A stretch of 64,000 nucleotides of DNA, taken from NCBI GenBank assembly GCA_950097015.1, contig CATNEN010000001.1, forward strand, positions 24,800,001-24,864,000, given 5' to 3'. Below, piece after piece: positions 12,801-21,881 of this stretch; the stretch's first letter is position 1; each line of letters begins with the position of its first letter. Position numbers and translations under genes: made by a program. This DNA comes from Macrostomum hystrix. Lineage: Eukaryota > Animalia > Platyhelminthes. The notes under the pieces were generated by a model, which saw only the letters and a list, made by a program, of their open reading frames with translations, was not told the DNA's origin and did not search any database.

Positions 12801-14737
12801 TACCAGACTCATGCAACTAGAATCTTGTATCATTTAGAGCTGCTTAAAATGCATCTGATTTTTTGTGTCCTTACTACGCAAGAGGCTAAATTCCCACCTT
12901 GTTTCAGCAGTGAATTGGGTACTCAGCATTAACTAGGGTGGAAACTTAAGTGTAAAAGCCCAACAGTTCACGGACTGAATGTGTACGCAGCCTTTCTAAT
13001 ACAATTTGCCAGGTGTGCGCTCTGCGCGACAAAGCCGAGGACATGGCCAAGCGAGACCTGCGCCGAGCCTGCGAGCTGGACAAACAGGCGGCCCTGCGGC
13101 AGCAGCGGGACTCCATGGACACTCAGCGCCGAGAGGAGATCGAGCGGGCCCGGGCTGATGAGCGCCAGCTAGCCAGGCAGGCCTCGGCTGCCGACCGGGC
13201 CGAAGCTGTTCAGCGGGCGCTTAAAGAGGCGGAGGTAAATTACTGAGCTGGCAGCTCTGATTTAACGACACTCAACATGATTGATCGATGTGTCAATTCT
13301 CTGTTTCTTTCTTCTTCAGTCCTTCATTTCCCCCTACTCGTGCTTTCAATGACTGAAATCTCATACCTGTTCCCCCTGTTTCAAATTTGCAACGCTTCAG
13401 GTGGCATTTGAGCGTCGCGAGCAGCAGACGATTGAAAAGACTCGTCACGACTGTCGTCGGCAATTCAACGAAGAGCTGGCTGGCATAAGAAAACGTCATA
13501 GAGAAGAGGTGGACTCTTGGATGACTAAGTGAGGCCTGATGCAAATTAGAGCGAATCTACTCACGACATTCTAATCTACGTACAATAATACTTATTTCGT
13601 AATGAGCCACAGTCAGCTCCTAGGCAGCCCTGTGTGAGCACACTGCTCACCTACCATGACTGCTCTGAGGCGTTCCCTAGCTGTGGCAGAGCACAGGCTC
13701 TCTACTAAGCTATGCTGCAGGCCGCTCTCATCTCACAGTGAGCCCTCCAGTACGCAAAAATTGCCACATATTGTCAGAATTCATTTGTGTAGATAATTTG
13801 TGTAATTAAGCCACAGTCAGCTCCCAGGCAGCTTTGAGCACACTGCTCAGCTATTGGCCGCTCTGAGGCGTTCCCTAGCTGTGGCAGAAAATGGCCTTCA
13901 AGTTTCGGCCGGCTCTCTTCTATGCTGCTGATGGCTGCCAAACCAGTCAGCCCGGCAGTACGCTTAGAGAGTTATAGCTTTTGCTGCTTTTTTGTTTATA
14001 TAAATCTCAAACGATGTCCTTGATTGCGCTTTGAAGGCAGTCAGAGTGCAGATTTAAGGTATACAAATACAGCCACAGTCAGCTCCTAGGCAGCCCTGTG
14101 TTTGAGCATACTGCTCATTCACAAATATGGCCGCTCTGAGGCGTTCCCTAGCTGTGGCAGAGCACAGGCTCTCTACTAAGCTATGCTGCAGGATGCTCTC
14201 ATCTCACAGTGAGCCCTGCAGTACGCAAAGATTGCCACAACACTTTATTACAGGCTTTTATCAATTATTAACGACAATTGCCCATGTACTCATAGCTGCT
14301 CTGTTTCCTACCGCACTGGCAGGTACAAAGACCTGTACAAGAACTTCGAGCGCCTATTGGACAGCAGTCGCGGTGTTGAAGGTGATTTCCAAAGTCTTCA
14401 GACTGACTACCGCCGCTTCCTGGATTATTCTGACGGCCACTTTCACTCGGACTACATGATGAAGCTGAAACAGGCCTGCCTCGACGCGGCCTCCGATGTT
14501 GGCCGGGCGCTGGCCTCCCCAGCTGTTGTGACTGTGCCCGAATTGTCGAAACAGTCGGTCAGGACTGCTGCTACTACTGTGAGTAGTGCCATAGTGCCGA
14601 ATAGGCAGCGGGTGGCTCTAGTTCAACAGCAGAGGCGCAAATTGCGACCGTCCAACTCACCGGTTAGCGCCAGAGTCAGCTCAGCTCAACCGCTCACCAA
14701 ACACGCGGAAGTTTATACTGATGAAGATGTGTTCTGA
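9834..14737 (+). CDS. Coiled-coil protein, C6orf163-like (5 exons)
   Basis: Exons 9834-9990, 10918-11138, 13013-13234, 13401-13528, 14323-14737 join in frame with GT-AG. N-terminal THKDILEFG motif, E/R/Q-rich coiled coil, C-terminal LQTDYRRFLDYSDGHFHSDYMM. The family call is from recalled motif similarity. Confidence 0.75.
10147..10810 (+). ncRNA. Cluster 3: three box H/ACA snoRNA-like units in intron 1 of the coiled-coil gene
   Basis: Units 10147-10317 (H 10234, ACA 10312), 10355-10524 (H 10431, AUA 10519) and 10646-~10810 (H 10733; 3' box degenerate, GCA). Confidence 0.82.
11190..11563 (+). ncRNA. Cluster 4: two box H/ACA snoRNA-like units in intron 2
   Basis: Units 11190-11360 (H 11277, ACA 11355) and 11398-11563 (H 11480, ACA 11558). 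Confidence 0.85.
12190..12825. repeat. 32-bp minisatellite (ctagaatgcgctcttgtaccagactcgtgcat)n
   Basis: About 19-20 tandem units in intron 2 of the coiled-coil gene. Confidence 0.92.
13606..14242 (+). ncRNA. Cluster 5: three box H/ACA snoRNA-like units in intron 4
   Basis: Units 13606-13771 (H 13688, ACA 13766), 13810-13979 (H 13886, AUA 13974) and 14072-14242 (H 14159, ACA 14237). Confidence 0.85.
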
Positions 14738-15749
14738 GTTGGCATTGAGTTTAGAATTATTCTTTGGGATTGAAAACGGCGCCTACAGACAAATATGTGA
14801 TATTTTATCATATTTTACATGTTTTTAGGCATTTGTTTGTCTCTAGATACGATTTTTATCCACTTGTTTTCCGGCTTCTCAAAAATGTTCCGTTTTTAGG
14901 TTTTGCTCCATTATTTTACGACTCTTTACTAGATGACAACTTGACCCTTTGAGTAGCTTTTTTGAGTAGCTCTGTAGCAAGTGTTGTCTTTTATCCTTCC
15001 AGATGCGGCTTCTATATGAGACGGCTGTGTTTAATTTGCGTTTCTTTCAATGACTGTACATGTTTTTATTCCTTAAAAACAGTTAAAAGTTTTTTGTGTT
15101 TTGCATTGCTTTATAACATATGGCTCTACAATTTTGTGTTTTGTATTAAAATATAGATAATTACGAGTATTTATATTACCGTCTTTTCTTAATCGGTTGA
15201 TTATTCGTTAGTTAAAGTCCGCTCAAGTTAATCGTTCAGTTGTTTTATTCCTTTGCTGCGAAATTGTCGTTTATTTTAAAAGCAGCGATATAATATTTTG
15301 TGAGTGTGACTGATAGTAAATAAAGTATTTACGAGTATATGGATAATTTCCGACAACGGTAGATTCGAAAATTTGTGTACAGCTACAGCTGCATGTGCGC
15401 ATTGGAAATTCTTTAGCTTAATATAGCCTGCCCTCTGGTGTGTTGGCTTTGTGCAAAATTAAGCGCTGGCCTTTAATTACTTTGCCTGTGTCAATACGAA
15501 TCCCGCTTATTTAACAAAGCGAAAGTTAATACCTGTTTTAAAGTAACCCTGTAGAACAGGGTTTTAAAACTTATTAGTATTTATACGAGCGTATTTTTTA
15601 GACTCATTAGTGGCCATTGTAAGGGCTTTGAAAACAAACGAGTGTTGTGTGACGGAGTGCAGATTAGAAATCAATTTGAAATCATATAAGGATGATCATG
15701 TTGAAAAATATTGTACGCTTGGTGTACTGGTTATAATGTGCATGAATGG

Positions 15750-15930
15750 ATCTGATTCTGCTGATTAATTAACTGATCTGCTGATTAATTAGCTGATCTG
15801 CTGATTAATTAGCTGATCTGCTGGCTAATTAAATCACTGATCTGCTGGCTAATTCAATCACTGATCTGCTGGCTATTTCAATCACTGATCTGCTGGCTAA
15901 TTCAATCACTGATCTGCTGATAAACTGATC
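15750..15930. repeat. 20/24-bp minisatellite (ctgatctgctggctaattcaatca-like)
   Basis: About 8 tandem degenerate units. Confidence 0.8.
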
Positions 15931-17226
15931 GATGTTTTGTGATTCTGGTAGTTTTTTATCAGGTAGATCAGAAAATTTTAGTCCGTTTTTTGGATTTTCA
16001 TAACGATTGGTTGAATATTTTGGAAGAAATAGAAAAATTAAATCTTTAATTAATTGATAATTGGAATATCAGTTCAATTCTTTTTACTGTTGAATGTCAA
16101 GGTATTAATTCTGCAAATACAAATTTGTAAGTAGCCCAAGTTCGGAATATGTGTGCAAGTTGCCTACGCACTGTACAAAACGACGGGTAATAAGAAAAGG
16201 GACAGAAATAACGTTTTCGTCCTGTTGGTCAGATGTACATATGCAGCCAGTGGCCCAGCTGAAGCCATTCGTGTGTGCAAACTGAGTGTGCAAACTGGCG
16301 TCACATATTAAGAACATTTACGTTCCTAACATGGCCTCTCAAAAATAAAATTGAGAGGCAGAAGCAGATGCCGTAAATAGAAGCCTGCAGACAAACACTA
16401 GCTTGGAGTCTTACAGCTGAGGCTGAACCATTCTGCTAATCGTGCAGCTGCTGTTTTGATTTGAATTCAGAATTGGCTGAAGAGCTTTCTCTGAACTTAA
16501 TTAATCGATCTGACCAGTTCTGTCTTCATTCAATTCATTCGATACTGTTTTGAAGGTAAGTGGAATGAAAAATGAGCATGCATACACATATATTAATAAA
16601 ATAATGCTAATGCTGCTTGTCTAGTGTTTATGTACTTGTATTTTTTTTGTTTCTGTATGACAGGATTAAAAAAATGTAACAGCTGAAAAAAATTATTATG
16701 CATGCATACAATTTTCCATTAATTGCTCTTATAATTTACGAAGGGGATACTGTTTGCTAGTCTAATATACTAATTTTGTGTTTTGAACAGTCATAAAAAC
16801 TTCTACAAATAAAAAAATGACTTGTACAATTATTTATAATCCGATACAAATGACACCTAATCCAGACAAAGGCATAGCAGCAGCTCTTGCGTAGAGCTTC
16901 CGAGGACCTGTGTACATTTTTTTTCAGTCCGTGGACTGCGGGCGCCGCAACACCCACCCAAATTTCTACCTTAGCTAATTCTAGCATCCACTTTTATAGC
17001 TGAGTGAACTGATCGAAGCACCGGGCAATTAATTGTCAAACTTAAAGGACACAAAGTGCCTCCCTTGGGATGAGATTTGGTTGTGACTCGGTTGTGACTA
17101 CTTGGCTCTTGAAATTTCTCTAAAACAAAATTCTCACTATCTTCGATCTTGCTCGACCGAAAATTCTGCTCGATAATATGCTTAAATACCACCCTACCCT
17201 GCTTTTTGCTTCCAGCTGTGAATTCG

Positions 17227-18630
17227 ATGGGAAATTCACAAGTGACCAGAAGCCCCGGAACGCAAGGCAAGCGCAGGCGTTTGGCCCTGTTGCATGCGGC
17301 AGAGCGGGGCGACTTGGCCAAGACTCAGCTGAAGCTGGAAAAAATCTCTGCTAATCTGGTTGACGAGGCCTGCCAGGAGGCGGCAATAACTGCCAGTGTC
17401 ATGGGCCACTGGGATGTGGCCGGATTTCTCATCGAGTCGATAGATGCAAGTGAGACTAGGAGCCAGAGCTACAAAGACCTGGCCATTTCAGCGGCCAGAT
17501 GGGCTAATTTTGACTTTTTCGAATACTTTGTGACCCGCTTAGACCAGGCGGAGGAGCAGAGATGTCGTATGAGGGCTGTCGAGTCGGCAATCAGGCGGCG
17601 TCGAGTCGATGATGTAAAGTTTCTATTGAATGGCATTGCAAGCGGGCCCGAGAAGGACAGCTGGTGCATGGACACCTTGGACAGCATCGCCTGCTCGAGC
17701 CACTGGCGCTTGGCATCGCCGCTTCTACTCGGTGCCATCAGCGATCAGGCTGCGAAAAACCAGTGGTGCAGCAGTGCCGCTCGAGTCGCGGTTGAGTGCA
17801 ACAGACTGGAGCAGGTGTCGCTCTATGTGAAGTTCATATCGGATGCGGCCATGCGTTGCCAATGGCTGCGCGATGCCGTCTGCTCAGTGGTGAGGCGAGG
17901 CCTAGCAGAAACAGGGATGTTTTTGCTGACCATGTGCCCCAGCGACGCTGACGGGGATCTTTGCCGAGTTGATGCTGCGGAGACCGCGGCCACCTACGGG
18001 AATCTTGAAACTGTGAAACTGTTCATGCGCTCCATCACCGACAGTCGAATTCGACAAGACTGCGAGCTCCGAGTCGTGGCCCAAGCGGCTCTGGCCGGCA
18101 GGGATAATGTGGTCGAGGCGATAGGCATAAAGCCCGAATGGCTGCTCTCTGATGTCGCAGTGCTGAGCTTTGTAGCCAAGCGGGCCATCAACAATGAAAA
18201 CGCCATCCTGAGCGACGCGCTAAACCGCATGCAACCAGCCGCGCTGCCGCGGCTGCTGTCACTCTCCGTGTCCAGCGGACATGTCGCGCTGGCGCTGACA
18301 CTGATACCTCGCATCGATAGGCAGCATGTCGATCTGCCTGATGGCGCGGGCACCACTGCGCTCATGCTGGCAGCTGATGCAGGGCATCACGGACTGATTA
18401 CCAAACTGCTCGAGCTCGGTGCCTCAGTCATCGCTAAAGACAATCGCGGTCGGACAGCGCTGACTAGGGCCTGCGAAGCCGGTCACGTGCGAGCAGTCAA
18501 GAGTCTGCTGGACGGGGGTGCAGATGTCAGTCATCGTGACGGCCGGGGCCTGTCTTGCTCGGATCTGGCACAGAAACTCGGACATTGTGAGGTGCTGCAT
18601 CTACTGCTGCCTGTGGAGAATCGTCAGTGA
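17227..18630 (+). CDS. Ankyrin-repeat protein (single coding exon)
   Basis: ATG at 17227 after an acceptor-like ttttgcttccag. Canonical C-terminal ankyrin repeats (GTTALMLAADAGHHGLITKLLELGA, GRTALTRACEAGHVRAVKSLLDGGAD) follow about 8 degenerate ~35-aa helical repeats. Confidence 0.85.
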   Translation: MGNSQVTRSPGTQGKRRRLALLHAAERGDLAKTQLKLEKISANLVDEACQEAAITASVMGHWDVAGFLIESIDASETRSQSYKDLAISAARWANFDFFEYFVTRLDQAEEQRCRMRAVESAIRRRRVDDVKFLLNGIASGPEKDSWCMDTLDSIACSSHWRLASPLLLGAISDQAAKNQWCSSAARVAVECNRLEQVSLYVKFISDAAMRCQWLRDAVCSVVRRGLAETGMFLLTMCPSDADGDLCRVDAAETAATYGNLETVKLFMRSITDSRIRQDCELRVVAQAALAGRDNVVEAIGIKPEWLLSDVAVLSFVAKRAINNENAILSDALNRMQPAALPRLLSLSVSSGHVALALTLIPRIDRQHVDLPDGAGTTALMLAADAGHHGLITKLLELGASVIAKDNRGRTALTRACEAGHVRAVKSLLDGGADVSHRDGRGLSCSDLAQKLGHCEVLHLLLPVENRQ

Positions 18631-19449
18631 GTATAATATCAATAATATGCTTGTTGTTGCCGCTTCCTTCCGGCTGCGGGCACACACCACACTCACATGT
18701 TTGCAATCTAAGCCCTGTCGTGCAGAGACACAATTTGAGTTGACGAAACATCTTGAAGTTTATCGAGTAAAGACACGACTTGTAAGAACTGACTATCGAT
18801 AGCGTAACTAGGTAGAGAAAAAGAGTGAGAGAGTGCGTGCACGCGAGTGCTGTACATTAGCAAAATTGGGCTACTCATACAACATGCAAAACACACTACA
18901 TGCGTGTACATCTGCCGAGCTCAGTGATCTCAGGTGCAAAATTCGAATCCGTTAGTGCTCAGGCAGTGACATTCGTCAATGAGTACAATGGAGTATAATA
19001 GGAGTCTATAGCTCGTAATCATCACAATATACCATGCAGCCTATCGTTTTTAACAGCGATAGATTAGATGTAGATTTTCGTCTTGTTAATTGTCGTGAAC
19101 TTTTGTCCCTGCATCATAACCGTCAATACCGGTGCCTGTTAAGGCCCTCAACACAACAGCTGTGTCAACTGAAGGCCTCAATGTCAAGATTTCGCCTTTC
19201 TCAAAAGACCAATTTGTAGATTTCTTAGACTGCTTGTGTCGGAGTCTTATGTTGAGTGTGCGGCATTGCCTCTGAACTGCACTGGTTACTTCGTGGAAAT
19301 ATTCACCTGTACTTTAAGACTAGAGCACAAGGCAAAACTTTTTGAGGATTTTTTCTGTTTTTTTTCGTTTGTGAGTGCGTTTAGAAACCTTTACTCCTTT
19401 TAGTAATTTTACGGACTAATAAATTCGAAGCACTTAACGCATAACAACA

Positions 19450-20050
19450 ACAACAACAAACTGCAGCAACCCTGGCTGAGGCCAAAGAGTGGGAAGCTGT
19501 CAAAAAGCGCGCGCGAGCGCAGAACTGCGCAGGAGGATCAGTCCGCGAGGGTCGGAGATGCCGGCATCAGTCAGCAGCAGGTCGACGAAACGTTGTGTCC
19601 TCGCCTGGCCGCGCCGCCGTGGTCCCTGCAGGGAAAGCAGCAGCACATCTTGCAGGGGCTCTGGGCAGCGCTGCTCCGCACGGATAACGTGGCCGGCCAC
19701 CTGCAAGCGCCGGGTGCGGAGTAGCTGGCTTGGCCGGCAGAGCTGGGCCCGGTGGTACAGCTCGTCGTTGCTGATGTTGGTCGTGGAGTTCGGCGAGTAG
19801 TGGACTCCGAAGGCAGCGCGCAGAAGTGCAGCGTGCGCGGCGTCCAGCTGCCGCTCCTGTGAGCTGGTCAGGGTCCACGTGTGGGCGTTGTACAGGAGCG
19901 CAGTTTCGATGACGGCTTGGTACAGACGCCCCCTCAGCCGGTCTGGCAGCGCGGGACACTGCAGTACAGTTCGCAGGGAGCGAAACGCCCCCCAGGCGAG
20001 CGCCCTGCGCCGAGCGAAATTAGGGCCGGCGAAGCCAAATGGTTTTGGGA
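19450..20050 (-). mobile_element. 5'-truncated non-LTR retrotransposon (RTE-like RT C-terminus) with target-site duplication
   Basis: RRRALAWGAF...LYQAVIETALLYNAHTWTLT...ISNDELY, then stop, short 3' UTR and (TTG)n tail. Direct repeat aacgcataacaaca at 19436-19449 and 20051-20064. Confidence 0.85.
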
Positions 20051-20304
20051 AACGCATAACAACAGTCTATAAAAACATTTTTAGAGGCCACTTTTAAACA
20101 GACGCGTGCGCGTAGAATTTCTGGCTGTCAAGATACTTTTCCTTCGCTGGCACCTTCTAAATTAAATCTTATTTATCACACAGCACAGTTAATTAGCTGC
20201 TTGCACTCTGTGGTTCCAGGTAATTACTGGGTTTAGGCTAGCCTGTAGGCCTTAAAAATATGAGTCAGTAAAAATACTGTTAGGACTATGTTAATACGTT
20301 TTAT

Positions 20305-20510
20305 CATTTAGCAAGACACTTAACTATGCATTACCTGATTTAATTCACCCACCAGTTAAAAGGGATTAGCATCAGCTGGGGGTAATTGTGGGTGGTGTGT
20401 CGTCCCCCCAGACTTCAGATACGCCGCGCGCCGCGCAATAGCTGCGGCTGTGCTGTCGACTGCACATCGAGCCAAATTAGGGCCGGCGAAGCCAAATTGT
20501 TTTGGGAAAA
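20305..20510 (+). mobile_element. 5'-truncated copy of the tRNA-SINE at 1427
   Basis: Shares tcatttagcaaga-acttaact, agctgggggtaattg, cgtcccccca, ttcagat-cgcc and tgtcg-tgca-atc with 1490-1675. Confidence 0.65.
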
Positions 20511-20764
20511 CACATCCTATTGAATAATGAAAAATGTCGGCACGCAAGTGTATTTTTCATTAGTTATTTCTGGTGATCCCAAACTTTAATTGTTTGCAAA
20601 AAAACGAAAGTATTGAATGCAAAATGTGTGACCCCTTTGCCTTTGGTGTGCCGCCAGAATAGATATAAAAGGCCAGTGGATTTTTAGCTCTCCTTTATCG
20701 AAGAAGAAAATCTCGTCAAAGTTCAGCTGCCGCGAACTGAAACAGTCTCTACAAGTCAAGCCTC

Positions 20765-21523
20765 TCAGTTGCGCAGGTAACAGACTCCAGCGATGCTGCT
20801 CAGGTTAGCAGGTGGATAAGCAAACCTGAGCAGGTGGCACAGCTGCAGCTGCTCACAGAAGATCACAGCCTGGCATACGGCGCTGATGTGACACAGAGCC
20901 AGGCACTCGATAGTCACCACGGCCAAGCTGGTACTGAACTGGTCTTCGCTGGCCTCGACAGTCAGGCTGGGCATTGGACTCTTCGTAAATGAATTTTTAC
21001 CTGAAGACAATTTAACAGGAAAAGCTGCATAAGCTTTCTGTTAGAGAGTCATTACAGGCAGAGAGAAGTATAACAAAGCATCTGGAGCATACTGCCGAGG
21101 TAGCTCACTTGGGTAGGTCTGCTCGAATATCGACATTCGACCAGCGCCTCCGCACATCTGCAGCGGGTTTCCTGAGCAGGCCATGCTGCACTCAGCTACA
21201 TTGGCAGCGCCATAGGTCCCGTAGGAGCTGCCGCAGAAGCACTGCACACTGTACTGCACACCGAAGTATGGAAATCCGCCCAGTGAGCAGACGCTGCTGC
21301 AGAACTCGTGCGACATTTTGTCGTAGCTAAACACGCCATTCAGTTGGTCATAAGTGAAATTACCGAGCTTGCTAACTCCATGTAGTCCGTTCAAGTCTCT
21401 CTCACTTAAATAACTATCCTTGTAGCAACCAATCTGGGTATACTTAGCAACCCTGCCAGCCGCGATGCCGATCAGGGGTGCACAGCAGAGAACAGAGAAC
21501 AGGAACGCGATCGTGCAGCACAT
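20765..21523 (-). CDS. Secreted WSC-domain + PAN/apple-domain protein (2 exons)
   Basis: Exons 21523-21109 and 21000-20765. Signal peptide, WSC (IGCYKD...MSHEFCSSVC...YFGVQYSVQCFCG...CSMACSGNPLQMCGG) and PAN-like CLALC...CQAVIF...CHLL. TATA-like tataaa on the minus strand at about 21595-21600. Confidence 0.85.
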
Positions 21524-21881
21524 GTGTGTGGCTGAGTCAGATCAGGTTCGAATATTCAGACCATCTCCGACTTTAACCGATGCGAACCAGTGCATTTATA
21601 CAGTTTGCATCATTCATTTCTATTCAGGAGGTTGAAAAGTAGTGTCCTAGGAAAAAATGCTTCTAACCAATTGTTGTGTGACAACCGACTCCTCTCTCTT
21701 TTTTTGCCTCTCTTGGTCACGTGCTGGGTCGCGATTGGCTGGGCCGGGCTGCCATAGGGCGGGGCTTTTTCTAACCTGTGATTGGCTGTGACCGGTGTGG
21801 GTCATGTCGCAAATGGCTTGAATAATTCACCCGTACAACTGCCGAATCGCATGAGATCGGGATGGGTCAAAGCGGAGACTC

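Noticed and set aside
4297-14242. The 14-copy repeat as a CRISPR array, hammerhead/HDV retrozyme, or protein-coding ([10 protein letters not shown]..., [10 protein letters not shown]... ORFs)
   Set aside because: There are no unique equal-length spacers or cas genes. There is no CUGANGA/GAAA core, and no HDV P1.1/P2 pairing on either strand. The ORFs are inconsistent among copies. The H/ACA model explains the conserved positions.
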